Assembly: GCA_964342535.1 (NCBI GenBank)
Contig: CAYFHZ010000001.1
Coordinates: 1-27,145, forward strand
Reading direction: 5' to 3'
Source of the DNA: an uncultured Bacteriovoracaceae bacterium
GTDB taxonomy: Bacteria; Bdellovibrionota; Bacteriovoracia; Bacteriovoracales; Bacteriovoracaceae
DNA: 27,145 nucleotides
Positions 18,270 through 27,145 of the stretch are shown one piece after another (the stretch's first letter is position 1; every line of letters starts with the position of its first letter). The notes beneath the pieces were generated by a model. It searched no databases. It saw only the letters and a list, made by a program, of their open reading frames with translations, and was not told the DNA's origin. The position numbers were made by a program, and so were the translations under genes.

Positions 18270-19864
18270 TATTCATTACCCGCTTTTTTTCTCTTATCTA
18301 GGTCATACTTATCAACTTTCATAATTAAACTTGCTCTACTTATTCCTAGCTCTTTAGAAAGTTTAGATTTGTTAAAGTTACAACGCTTCAAACCTTCCTT
18401 AATCATGTAAGACTCGAGTTCTTCCATCGCAACTTTTAAGCTTCCCTTAGTATTAATTCCCCTAAGGTTTCCAGTGGCCATGGTTTGTGAACCACCGTTA
18501 TTAGAATGAACTTGTTCAGTAATTCTAGATGAAAGTAAATCTGGAGTAATTACTTTATCCTCTCCTGCAAGTACAACTAATCTTTCTACTTCGTTTTGAA
18601 GTTCTCTAACGTTACCTGGCCATTTATGATCCAAGAATTTTTCAAGAGTCTTTTTCCCCCATTGCTTAAGTGGGTGCCCCATTTCTGCACATTTTTTTTC
18701 AAGAAATGTATCCATCAATAATGGAATATCTTCTGTTCTTTCTCTTAAAGGTGGAATTGTTACATTAATAACATTAATTCTGTAATATAAATCTTCTCTA
18801 AACTCACCTTTTGAAATCATCTCTTTTAAAGGTCTATTTGTTGCAGCTAAAACTCTGACATTTACTTTTTTCGGTTGAGTTGCACCTACTGGTAAAAAAG
18901 TACCTTCTTGTAATACTCTTAAGAGTTTCACTTGCATACTTAGTGTCATGTCACCGATCTCATCTAAGAATAGAGTTCCACCATTGGCTACTTCAAATAC
19001 ACCCTTTTTATCTTTAACAGCTCCTGTAAAAGCTCCTTTTACATGTCCAAATAATTCAGAATCAAGAAGGTTATCATTAAAAGCTGAACAGTTTACAGCA
19101 ACGAAAATCGAATCTTTTCTTGGTGAGTTATAGTGAATGGCCTTAGCAACCATTTCTTTCCCTGTACCATTTTCACCTTGTATAAGTATTGTTGCTTCAG
19201 AGTTTGAAACCTTTGTAAGTAAGTGGTAGATCTCTTGCATTTTTTTCGATTTACCTATGATATTATGATATCTGTACTTGTTACCAAGCTCCGCATTAAG
19301 ATCCATAATTCTTGCTTCTCTTTTATTTACTTCCTCATAAACCATGGACACTTCATGAGCAACTAAGCCTATCAGCTCTTTAAGATATTCATACTCATGA
19401 ACCTTAAGCTTTTTTAAACTATTACTTGATGCTTGAGCATCTTCTGCACTTGCGCCACACTCAATTAATTTATCTTTTATTTCATCTAATTCTGCTGATG
19501 TAACTTGGTCAGTAACATAGGAGTAGGCAAAAACGGCACCCAGAAACTCACCTTCTGCCTCTATTTTTGCGGCTATCATTCTGACATGGGGAAAAAAAGA
19601 ATCATAATAAAAAGACTCTGACTCTGAACCTTCTAACTGATCAAGACCCTTTTCAATATCCTGAGTAAGAAATTCTTTACCATAAGGAAGATGTGATTGT
19701 ACTTTAAAGAGGTGACTTACAAATTGATGGTCTTTATCAAAAACACTCGAGTGAATATTTCCGTGTTGATCAGTATAGAAAATATCGACACCAAACCACT
19801 TTCCAATAATTTCTTCAAGCTTCTTATTAGCATGTAAATCTTTAATCGTTTTCCAGTCAATCAT
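18269..19864 (-). CDS. Sigma54-dependent enhancer-binding activator with N-terminal PocR-like sensor domain and Fis-type HTH
   Basis: GENGTGKE, SELFGHVKGAFTGA, GGTLFLDEIG, FREDLYYR, WPGNVRELQN and a C-terminal HTH. The N-terminal ~180 aa are PocR-like by eye, with no receiver domain. Confidence 0.92.
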   Translation of the reverse strand: MIDWKTIKDLHANKKLEEIIGKWFGVDIFYTDQHGNIHSSVFDKDHQFVSHLFKVQSHLPYGKEFLTQDIEKGLDQLEGSESESFYYDSFFPHVRMIAAKIEAEGEFLGAVFAYSYVTDQVTSAELDEIKDKLIECGASAEDAQASSNSLKKLKVHEYEYLKELIGLVAHEVSMVYEEVNKREARIMDLNAELGNKYRYHNIIGKSKKMQEIYHLLTKVSNSEATILIQGENGTGKEMVAKAIHYNSPRKDSIFVAVNCSAFNDNLLDSELFGHVKGAFTGAVKDKKGVFEVANGGTLFLDEIGDMTLSMQVKLLRVLQEGTFLPVGATQPKKVNVRVLAATNRPLKEMISKGEFREDLYYRINVINVTIPPLRERTEDIPLLMDTFLEKKCAEMGHPLKQWGKKTLEKFLDHKWPGNVRELQNEVERLVVLAGEDKVITPDLLSSRITEQVHSNNGGSQTMATGNLRGINTKGSLKVAMEELESYMIKEGLKRCNFNKSKLSKELGISRASLIMKVDKYDLDKRKKAGNE

Positions 19865-19894
19865 ATAAGGCTCCGTTTAGTTAATCCCTATATA

Positions 19895-19922
19895 TTATCG
19901 GTGAGTTTGATTAGATTCTTGA
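19895..19922 (-). promoter_or_regulatory. Putative sigma28 (FliA)-type promoter
   Basis: TCAA-N16-ACCGATAA versus the consensus T(A/C)AA-N15/16-GCCGATAA, 30 nt upstream of the regulator ATG. Confidence 0.5.
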
Positions 19923-19977
19923 CAGCATTAAATATGCTAATGCAAAAAATTTAGACGAATTTAAGAAAATCAATATG

Positions 19978-20544
19978 TTATAACTGTCCAAAAAACTCCA
20001 GCATAAACTGCTGAGTCCATGGTTGCTGACCACTTAATTTGCGAATCAGTGTATTTTTTGTGCCAAATACATACGACTCAGGAAGTTTAAATGTACCGAA
20101 TTTATTCAATTCATTCTTGTTATCCTGAACAAGAGCGTATTGAGAACTAACATTTAACAAATACTCTGCCTTATATTTTTTCAAAAATTTTAATATTTTT
20201 TCTTTTTGATCAGATACTGCTACAAACAAAAATTTTATTTTCGTATTATCTTTTACTAATTTCATAAATTCTAGTAAATCTGGAAATTCCACTTCACAAG
20301 GCCCACACCAAGTGGCCCAAAAGTGTACAACTAGTATATCACCATCTGACTTAAAATTATTCAATAGAAAAATTGAATTACTATCAAAGACTGTAAACCC
20401 TGCTGTCTCTGGATAGTTTTTCAAAACAGAACCAGATGTCGTTTGCCCAGAGCTAAACTTCTCTTCAAGCTTTGATGTCTCATAGATTGTGTACCCGAAT
20501 ACGCTACCAATTATGAATAAAAATAATAAAAGTTTATTGTTCAT
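19978..20544 (-). CDS. TlpA/ResA-like membrane-anchored thiol-disulfide oxidoreductase
   Basis: N-terminal hydrophobic anchor, VVHFWATWCGPC active site and the LPES cis-Pro loop. Confidence 0.9.
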   Translation of the reverse strand: MNNKLLLFLFIIGSVFGYTIYETSKLEEKFSSGQTTSGSVLKNYPETAGFTVFDSNSIFLLNNFKSDGDILVVHFWATWCGPCEVEFPDLLEFMKLVKDNTKIKFLFVAVSDQKEKILKFLKKYKAEYLLNVSSQYALVQDNKNELNKFGTFKLPESYVFGTKNTLIRKLSGQQPWTQQFMLEFFGQL

Positions 20545-20547
20545 ATT

Positions 20548-20577
20548 AAAAAAAAAGACCTTCTAAAAAGAAGGCCT
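20548..20577 (-). terminator. Intrinsic terminator of the alpha operon
   Basis: Minus strand AGGCCTTCT-TTTT-AGAAGGTC-TTTTTTTTT after the rplQ stop. Confidence 0.8.
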
Positions 20578-20604
20578 CTATAATTATGTTAAATTAATTT
20601 AAAA

Positions 20605-20961
20605 CTATTCAACAAAAGCGATGTAACCCATTTGACTTGCATCACCCAATCTTCTATCAGCTAATTTAACTATTCTAGTATACCCACCATTTCTTTCTTT
20701 GAACTTTGGGGCAATCTCAGTGAATAGTTTATGTACAGCATCTTTATTGTTTAGCTTTTGATACGCAAGTCTTCTGTTATGAAGAGTATCATTCTTTGCT
20801 AAAGTAACTAATTTTTCAACTACACCTCTAACAGCCTTAGCCTTAGTTGTTGTTGTTTTAATTTTTCCATGATCAATCACTTCTTTAGCTAGGTTTCTAA
20901 TTAAAGCTTTTCTATGTGAAGGATCAACACCTAATTTATACTTATGTTTAGCGTGTCTCAT
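20605..20961 (-). CDS. rplQ: 50S ribosomal protein L17
   Basis: MRHAK..., IKTTTTKAK and ERNGGYTRIVK; follows rpoA. Confidence 0.98.
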   Translation of the reverse strand: MRHAKHKYKLGVDPSHRKALIRNLAKEVIDHGKIKTTTTKAKAVRGVVEKLVTLAKNDTLHNRRLAYQKLNNKDAVHKLFTEIAPKFKERNGGYTRIVKLADRRLGDASQMGYIAFVE

Positions 20962-20982
20962 GACTTTTTCCTACCTTAATAA

Positions 20983-22008
20983 TTATTCGTTATCCTGAAC
21001 CTGTTTCATAATACTATCAACTTTCATACCCAGTCCTAATCCCATTTGAGTAAGAATTTCCTTGATTTCATTCAAAGATTTTCTACCAAAGTTTTTAGTT
21101 CTAAGCATTTCACCTTCAGTTTTAGAAACTAGTTCGTAAATATACTTAATATTAGCGTTTTGCAAGCAGTTTGCACTTCTTACAGATAATTCAAGCTCAG
21201 ATACTGGCTTAAGAAGGGCATCATTAGTTGGTGAGCTACTAGCTGCAGCAGCTGGCTTAGCGGCCTCAACAGGTGCATCTTCATCTTCAAAATTAAGAAA
21301 TACAGTTAATTGATCTCTTAAGATTTTTGCTGAGAATGCAACAGCATCAACTGGATCAACACCAGCATTAGTCCAAACTTCCAAAGTTAGTTTGTCATAA
21401 TCAGTTCTTTTTCCAACCCTAGCATTTGTAACTGTATAGTTAACTCTATGGACAGGAGAGAAAAGAGTATCTAAATACATCCAACCAACAGGTAAATCAA
21501 AGTTCTCTTTATTATCTAAAGCAGAAACATATCCCTTACCTCTTGCTATCTTTAATTCCATTCTAATTGAACCACCAGATGAAATATTACAAATAGTATG
21601 CTCAGGATTTAAAACCTTAACATTAGTATTCTCAACAATATCAGATGCATAAACTGCACCTTCAGAATTTTTCTCAAGAACTAAATTAACTTCTTCTTTA
21701 TCCATAATCTTAAACTGAACTTCTTTAAGATTTAAAATAATTTCAGAAACTTCTTCTTTTACATTATTTATTGTACCAAACTCATGGTCTACACCATCAA
21801 TTTTGATAGCTACAATCCCAGCTCCCTGAAGCGAGGAAAGTAAAACTCTTCTTAAAGAGTTTCCAAGAGTTAAACCGTAACCTCTTTCTAATGGCTTAGC
21901 TACAAATTTTCCATAACTTGGTTTTAATGCATCCTTATCAACTTCAAGTGCAGTTGGACGGATCATGTCAATCCAGTTTTTTGAAGCAAACGTTGTGTTA
22001 ACAGACAT
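20983..22008 (-). CDS. rpoA: RNA polymerase alpha subunit (ATG 22008 preferred over TTG 22014 by SD spacing)
   Basis: PLERGYGLTLGNSLRRVLLSS, LELSVRSANCL and NFGRKSLNEI. Confidence 0.98.
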   Translation of the reverse strand: MSVNTTFASKNWIDMIRPTALEVDKDALKPSYGKFVAKPLERGYGLTLGNSLRRVLLSSLQGAGIVAIKIDGVDHEFGTINNVKEEVSEIILNLKEVQFKIMDKEEVNLVLEKNSEGAVYASDIVENTNVKVLNPEHTICNISSGGSIRMELKIARGKGYVSALDNKENFDLPVGWMYLDTLFSPVHRVNYTVTNARVGKRTDYDKLTLEVWTNAGVDPVDAVAFSAKILRDQLTVFLNFEDEDAPVEAAKPAAAASSSPTNDALLKPVSELELSVRSANCLQNANIKYIYELVSKTEGEMLRTKNFGRKSLNEIKEILTQMGLGLGMKVDSIMKQVQDNE

Positions 22009-22031
22009 ACTCAATATCTCCTTAAATTAGA

Positions 22032-22415
22032 TTATACTCTTCTTCTTTTTGGTGCTCGACAACCATTATGAGGCATTGGAGACTTATCTGCAACAGAAGT
22101 TATTTTCATACCAACTGATAGTAATGCTCTAATTGCATTTTCTCTACCAGCTCCTGGTCCTTTTACCTTTACATCAACTGAGGATACACCATGCTCTTGA
22201 GCTTTTTTAGCAGCTTCTTGAGATGCAACTTGTGCAGCAAATGGAGTTGACTTTTTTGAACCTCTAAATCCTAAACCACCAGCAGATGCCCAAGAAATAG
22301 CATTTCCTTGAGGATCAGAGAAAGTAACAATTGTATTATTAAATGATGCTTGTATGTGACATACAGCATGTGTAATATTCTTTTTAACTTTTTTCTTAGT
22401 TTGTTGTTTTGCCAT
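22032..22415 (-). CDS. rpsK: 30S ribosomal protein S11
   Basis: [21 protein letters not shown] and [13 protein letters not shown]. Confidence 0.99.
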   Translation of the reverse strand: MAKQQTKKKVKKNITHAVCHIQASFNNTIVTFSDPQGNAISWASAGGLGFRGSKKSTPFAAQVASQEAAKKAQEHGVSSVDVKVKGPGAGRENAIRALLSVGMKITSVADKSPMPHNGCRAPKRRRV

Positions 22416-22430
22416 AATTATTTCTCACTA

Positions 22431-22811
22431 TTACTTCATAGACTTAATTGATTTCTTACCTGCAATTGCAACGGCCTTACCTTTTCTCGTACGAGCATTG
22501 GTATGCGTTCTTTGTCCTCTACATGGTAAACTTTTTCTATGTCTAATACCGCGATAACATCCTAGATCTTTCAATCTTTTAATATTTAAACCAACTTCTC
22601 TTCTTAAGTCACCCTCTACAGTATATGCTTCAAGTGCCTTTCTGATATTGTTAGCCTCTTCCTCTGTTAAATCATTAGAGTTTTTAAGATGATCAACTTC
22701 TGCTGCTCTTAATACCTCATCTCCAATTTTTGGACCTACACCATATAATGATCTCACAGCAATTTTCATTGCTTTATTTCTTGGTAAGTCAACACCTAAA
22801 ATCCTAGCCAT
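22431..22811 (-). CDS. rpsM: 30S ribosomal protein S13
   Basis: [10 protein letters not shown] and [26 protein letters not shown]. Confidence 0.99.
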   Translation of the reverse strand: MARILGVDLPRNKAMKIAVRSLYGVGPKIGDEVLRAAEVDHLKNSNDLTEEEANNIRKALEAYTVEGDLRREVGLNIKRLKDLGCYRGIRHRKSLPCRGQRTHTNARTRKGKAVAIAGKKSIKSMK

Positions 22812-22824
22812 TGATATCTCCTAA

Positions 22825-22941
22825 TTAACCTTGTCTTTGTTTATGTCTTGGGTTTCCTTTACAGATAACTCTCAAAACACCTTTTCTTTTTATAACTTTG
22901 CAATCTTTACAGATTCTTTTTACACTTGATCGAACTTTCAT
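22825..22941 (-). CDS. rpmJ: 50S ribosomal protein L36 (zinc-ribbon C+ form), below the ORF-track cutoff
   Basis: Hand translation [38 protein letters not shown], located between infA and rpsM. Confidence 0.98.
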   Translation of the reverse strand: MKVRSSVKRICKDCKVIKRKGVLRVICKGNPRHKQRQG

Positions 22942-22946
22942 AATAG

Positions 22947-23174
22947 TTAACCTTTACTCCTATAAATAATTCGTCCTTTCGTAAGATCATATTTGCTTAT
23001 TTCAACTAGAACCTTATCTCCAGGTAGAATTTTAATAAAATTCATTCGCATCTTACCACTGATATGAGCCAATACTACGTGTCCATTAGGTAATTTAACT
23101 CTAAACTTAGTATTAGGAAGTAACTCCAATACCTCACCCTCTACCTCTAATATGTCACCTGTAGCTTCTGCCAT
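22947..23174 (-). CDS. infA: Translation initiation factor IF-1
   Basis: [25 protein letters not shown]...GRIIYR. Confidence 0.99.
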   Translation of the reverse strand: MAEATGDILEVEGEVLELLPNTKFRVKLPNGHVVLAHISGKMRMNFIKILPGDKVLVEISKYDLTKGRIIYRSKG

Positions 23175-23246
23175 TCAATACACCTAAATAATGAACATGT
23201 TTGTATATATGAATTCCAATGCCTTGGCAATAAAATTCATGACTCT

Positions 23247-23876
23247 TTATTTAATTTTTGAAACAATTTCATCGTAAACGGACTCAAGTTCTTGATCCGC
23301 GTCTACTTTTACTAAAGCATTCATACTATTATAGTATTCAACTATTGGCTCCATCGTTTCTGAGAACACTGCCATTCTCTTTCTTACAACCTCTTCCCTG
23401 TCATCATCTCTCTGAATCAAAGGCTCACCAGTCACATCGCACACACCACTCGTCTTTGGAGGATTAGTTATTAAGTTGTAAATATACTTACCATCTTTAG
23501 TTACTCGTCTATTAGTGAGTCTATCTACTAACTTATCAGTATCAAGTTCAAAATAAACAGCCTTAAATACATAACCATCCAAAATCGTAGAAAGGGTTTT
23601 GGCCTGATCAATATTTCTAGGGTAACCATCAAATATATAAGCCTTCTGACCAAGATCTAAATTAGCCTTCAAAAGCTCAACAACCAACTCATCAGAAACA
23701 AGTTGACCATCATCCATAACTTTTTTAACTTTAAGACCTAGCTCAGAGCCTTTTGCAATCTCTTCTCTTAATAGGTTACCGGTAGATACATGTCCATAAG
23801 ATAACCTATCCACTAATTTTGCGGATTGAGTTCCCTTACCAGACCCTGGCGCACCTAAAAAAACGAGATTATTCAT
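23247..23876 (-). CDS. adk: Adenylate kinase
   Basis: GAPGSGKGTQ, FDGYPRN and a long LID domain ending QRDDD. Confidence 0.98.
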   Translation of the reverse strand: MNNLVFLGAPGSGKGTQSAKLVDRLSYGHVSTGNLLREEIAKGSELGLKVKKVMDDGQLVSDELVVELLKANLDLGQKAYIFDGYPRNIDQAKTLSTILDGYVFKAVYFELDTDKLVDRLTNRRVTKDGKYIYNLITNPPKTSGVCDVTGEPLIQRDDDREEVVRKRMAVFSETMEPIVEYYNSMNALVKVDADQELESVYDEIVSKIK

Positions 23877-23878
23877 TA

Positions 23879-25201
23879 TTAAAACCTTCTGCCTGCTCCA
23901 CTATACTTACCTCTTGACTTGTAAGTAGTGTCGTATTTTTGTGATATCATAAAGCTTTCAGCCTGCGCCATTGTATCGATTGCCACTCCAACAAGAATAA
24001 GAAGTGAAGTACCTCCAAAATAGAAAGGAACCTTGGCTACATTAAACAAAATAGCTGGCATAATACAGATAACCGACATGTAGATACTACCTACAAGTGT
24101 TAGCCTTGATACAACTAGATCCAGAAACTCTGCCGTTTTCGCACCTGGTCTAATCCCAGGAATAAAGCCACCATTTTTCTTCAGCGATTCAGAAATATCA
24201 TCAGTTTTAAATTGTATCTGTGCGTAAAAATAACAAAAGAAGACAATCAGACCAACAAAAACTACATTATACAGAGTTTGTCCTGGATACAAGGACGCCT
24301 GAATTGTATCAATATACATTTTCAAGGGACTATCCTGCGGAACAAAAGTAGAGATTGTTGTCGGAAACCCAAGTAATGCAGATGCGAAAATTGGAGGCAT
24401 TACACCCGAGATATTAACTTTTATAGGTAAATGTGATGCTTGACCACCAAATACTCTGTTGTTAACAACTCTTTTTGCATATTGCACTGGGATCTTTCTA
24501 AATGCTTTTTCAGTAAAAATTATAATCCAAAAAGCTGCTACCATAATAGCTGCAACCAAAAGAAGATTTAAACCAGAAAGCTCACCGTTATTAAAAAGAT
24601 TTACAGTATCTCTTAAACCACCAGGGATACCAGCTGCGATACCCGCAAAGATAATAAGAGAAATTCCATTCCCAATACCTCTTTCAGTAATCTGCTCACC
24701 TAACCACATTACAAACATGGTTCCAGCAGTCAAAGTTATCACAGTAAGTGCTCTAAACCCCAAACCAGGTTCTAGGACAATCGGTAACCCACTTGGACTT
24801 TTAATGTTCTCTAACCCAACGGCAAGACCAAAACCTTGAATCATACAAAGAATAACCGTTGCATATCGAGTCCATTGCTGTATTTTTTTATGCCCATCCT
24901 GTTCTTTTTGTAACTCAGCCAAAGTCGGAAAGGATACGGCTAATAAACTAAAAATAATTGATGATGTGATGTATGGCATAATTCCCAAGGCAAGAACAGA
25001 AAATCTCTGAAGAGCTCCCCCTGTAAAATTATTAAAAATACCAAACATCGAACCTTGCATATTATTAAAGAATGATGTCAGGGCAGCACCATCAACACCA
25101 GGTGTTGGAACTTGAGTCGCAACTCTAAAAACACCTAACATTAACAAAGTGAAGAGTACACGCTTTTGTAACTCTTCAATTTTTCCTTGTGCGTTTGACA
25201 T
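23879..25201 (-). CDS. secY: Preprotein translocase SecY
   Basis: ALGIMPYITSSII, WLGEQITERGIGNGISLIIF, IPGIRPG and GGTSLLILVGV. Confidence 0.99.
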   Translation of the reverse strand: MSNAQGKIEELQKRVLFTLLMLGVFRVATQVPTPGVDGAALTSFFNNMQGSMFGIFNNFTGGALQRFSVLALGIMPYITSSIIFSLLAVSFPTLAELQKEQDGHKKIQQWTRYATVILCMIQGFGLAVGLENIKSPSGLPIVLEPGLGFRALTVITLTAGTMFVMWLGEQITERGIGNGISLIIFAGIAAGIPGGLRDTVNLFNNGELSGLNLLLVAAIMVAAFWIIIFTEKAFRKIPVQYAKRVVNNRVFGGQASHLPIKVNISGVMPPIFASALLGFPTTISTFVPQDSPLKMYIDTIQASLYPGQTLYNVVFVGLIVFFCYFYAQIQFKTDDISESLKKNGGFIPGIRPGAKTAEFLDLVVSRLTLVGSIYMSVICIMPAILFNVAKVPFYFGGTSLLILVGVAIDTMAQAESFMISQKYDTTYKSRGKYSGAGRRF

Positions 25202-25665
25202 TATTTACTTTCCCTAGTTTCGATTTTTCCACCAGCTTTTTCGATTAATTCTTGGGCTGTTTTTGAAAATTTATCAATATTAACAAAAGTAAGTGCTGTT
25301 GCAAACTCACCCTTAGTTAATACTTTAATAGGTAATCTTCTGTTTCTACCACTTAAAAGACCTGCTTCAACTAGGGCCTCTCTAGTAACTTCACCAGAAG
25401 TAAACTTTGCAGCAATTCTGTCTAAAGTAACTTCAGCATAAACAGTTTTAAAAGGTGCATTTGAGAAACCTCTTTTAGGAAGTCTTCTATAGATTGGCAT
25501 TTGCCCACCTTCAAAACCTAACATTACCCCACCGCCAGATCTTGCTTTTTGACCTTTGTGACCTTTACCAGCTTGAGTCCCCCAACCTGAACCTTGTCCA
25601 CGACCAATTCTTTTTACATTTCTGTGTGCACCCTTTGGGCTTTTTAAATTATTTAACGTAAGCAT
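25201..25665 (-). CDS. rplO: 50S ribosomal protein L15
   Basis: KRIGRGQGSG, GHKGQKARSG and FEGGQMPIYRRLPKRGF. Confidence 0.99.
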   Translation of the reverse strand: MLTLNNLKSPKGAHRNVKRIGRGQGSGWGTQAGKGHKGQKARSGGGVMLGFEGGQMPIYRRLPKRGFSNAPFKTVYAEVTLDRIAAKFTSGEVTREALVEAGLLSGRNRRLPIKVLTKGEFATALTFVNIDKFSKTAQELIEKAGGKIETRESK

Positions 25666-25677
25666 AGCTACTCCAAA

Positions 25678-25860
25678 TTATTTTTCTTCCACAACTTCTA
25701 CAAGGTGGATTACTTTTTTAATCATTCCTCTAACACAAGGAGTGTTTTCCAATGTTCTAGTCGAACCAACTTTTCTAAGACCAAGGCCACGTACATTTGC
25801 CTTCATTTTCTCTGTACAAGTTATCGAACTTTTCTTTAATTTTACAGTTATTGTACTCAT
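25678..25860 (-). CDS. rpmD: 50S ribosomal protein L30 (ATG 25860 preferred over TTG 25872)
   Basis: ITVKLKKS...GLGLRK...RGMIKKVIHLVEV; a GGGG SD precedes the ATG. Confidence 0.96.
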   Translation of the reverse strand: MSTITVKLKKSSITCTEKMKANVRGLGLRKVGSTRTLENTPCVRGMIKKVIHLVEVVEEK

Positions 25861-25877
25861 TTTAAACCCCAATGATA

Positions 25878-26471
25878 TTACTTCGTGTTACTAATTCTTA
25901 AAGATTTAGCATCAACACCTCTTGCGTTAGCAACCTGCTCAACAGATCTAATATTTCTGAAAGCATCAAATGTAGCCTTAACAACATTGTGAGGATTACT
26001 ACCTCTTAGAGATTTCGTTAATACATTTTTAATTCCAGCTAATTCTAGGATGGTACGACATGCTCCAGCAGCCTTAACCCCTGTACCTTCTCCAGCTGGC
26101 TTAAAAAGAATTTTACCAGCATCAAACTCACCGAGAATCTCATGTGGAATAGTTCCGTTTTCAACTGGTATATGAATCATTTTCTTAGCTGCTTCCTGAG
26201 AAGCTTTTCTAATTGCATCAGGAACTTCTTTTGCTTTACCAAGACCGTAACCGACCTTACCTTTTTGGTCACCTACAATTACAAGAGCAGAGAAAGAAAA
26301 CCTTCTACCACCCTTAACAACTTTAGCAACTCTATTTACAGCAACAACTCTCTCTTCATAATCAGGAGTATTCGCTTCTTGCTTCTTAGGTGCTCTAGGC
26401 GCTCTAGCTGGCCTCTTACCTTTCTTCTCTTCAGCAGGTTTTACTTCAGTATTTTCATTTTCAGTAGTCAT
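25878..26471 (-). CDS. rpsE: 30S ribosomal protein S5
   Basis: [24 protein letters not shown] and [13 protein letters not shown]. Confidence 0.99.
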   Translation of the reverse strand: MTTENENTEVKPAEEKKGKRPARAPRAPKKQEANTPDYEERVVAVNRVAKVVKGGRRFSFSALVIVGDQKGKVGYGLGKAKEVPDAIRKASQEAAKKMIHIPVENGTIPHEILGEFDAGKILFKPAGEGTGVKAAGACRTILELAGIKNVLTKSLRGSNPHNVVKATFDAFRNIRSVEQVANARGVDAKSLRISNTK

Positions 26472-26485
26472 TCAGTTTCCCCTAA

Positions 26486-26860
26486 TTAGATTTGAACTCC
26501 ACCTTCTCTGATAGAACCTGCTAGCGCCGAAATTACACCTGTGTATTTCTTACCATTTCTATCAAAAACGGCATTTTTAATATTTTTTTCTGTTAATAAT
26601 TTTGCAACTTCGGCACCTACTAGCTTTGCACTATCGGCATTCGCAGAAGAACCTACTGCTTTCTTTCCAAAAGTTTGGACAGAAAACAAAGTTTTGCTTT
26701 CACTATCATTTACCACTTGAACAAAAAGGTTAGAATTTGTCTTTGTAGCGCAAATTCTTGGTCTATCAGCAGTTCCAACAACTTTTTTTCTGATAGAAAG
26801 CTTTCTTCTTAGTTCTTTCGCTTTTGAAGCGTTTTTAATTTTTCCTATTGGCTTTCTCAT
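26486..26860 (-). CDS. rplR: 50S ribosomal protein L18
   Basis: GTADRPR, VFDRNGKKYTG and REGG; located between rplF and rpsE. Confidence 0.96.
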   Translation of the reverse strand: MRKPIGKIKNASKAKELRRKLSIRKKVVGTADRPRICATKTNSNLFVQVVNDSESKTLFSVQTFGKKAVGSSANADSAKLVGAEVAKLLTEKNIKNAVFDRNGKKYTGVISALAGSIREGGVQI

Positions 26861-26875
26861 TATTTCACCTATCTA

Positions 26876-27145
26876 TTATTTTTTCCCACCAGTCTTACCA
26901 GCTTTTCTAATAATAACTTCATCAGCGTATCTAATACCTTTACCTTTGTATGGCTCAGGTCCCCTGAATGATCTTATTTTAGCAGCAGCAAAACCAACTA
27001 ATTCCTTACTTGCACCACTTAACTCAATTGAGTTTTTATTAACTTTAGCACTAACTCCTTCTGGAAGTGTATAGTCAATTGGGTGAGAATAACCTAAGTT
27101 CAATGTTAAAACATTTCCAGAGATGGCTGCTTTATAACCAACCCC
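26876..27145 (-). CDS. rplF: 50S ribosomal protein L6, 5'-truncated by window edge
   Basis: Frame is open from the edge: [22 protein letters not shown]...[13 protein letters not shown]. Confidence 0.98.
   Translation of the reverse strand, partial: GVGYKAAISGNVLTLNLGYSHPIDYTLPEGVSAKVNKNSIELSGASKELVGFAAAKIRSFRGPEPYKGKGIRYADEVIIRKAGKTGGKK

Noticed and set aside
14467..19133. Several 60-92 aa ORFs within the carboxylase and regulator genes
   Set aside because: Nested or antisense shadows of conserved genes.
23224..23240. TTGGCAATAAAATTCAT as a possible sigma54 promoter
   Set aside because: Lacks the conserved -12 GC and points antisense into adk. No convincing -24/-12 site was found in the spacers examined.
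26370..26471. N-terminal extension of S5
   Set aside because: Charged low-complexity extensions on S5 are common.
24459..26489. 126-aa and 115-aa plus-strand ORFs
   Set aside because: Antisense to secY and rpsE.

Overview
AT-rich bacterial chromosomal window of mostly housekeeping genes, nearly all on the minus strand. Gene content and protein style suggest Bdellovibrionota (Bacteriovoracia-like), which is an inference. From left to right: a partial TPR/LppC-type lipoprotein (missed by the ORF track); dnaJ-dnaK-grpE-hemW with no hrcA; a compact glycan locus (wzm-wzt converging on a GT4 glycosyltransferase and an unknown 328-aa protein); an M16 zinc peptidase; a conserved hypothetical protein; a three-gene biotin-dependent acyl-CoA carboxylase; a PocR-like sigma54 activator coupled to two secreted unknowns; a TlpA-like thioredoxin; and the end of the spc/alpha ribosomal operon (rplF to rplQ, including an rpmJ missed by the track; rpsD and map are absent). 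No rRNA, tRNA, CRISPR array or mobile element was seen. Best leads: (i) the wzm/wzt + GT4 + unknown module; (ii) a DnaJ lacking both halves of one zinc centre; (iii) the Cys-less PocR-like activator operon behind a sigma28-like promoter; (iv) a 45-bp bidirectional, apparently leaderless promoter region; (v) a sigma32-like grpE promoter overlapped by a palindrome.
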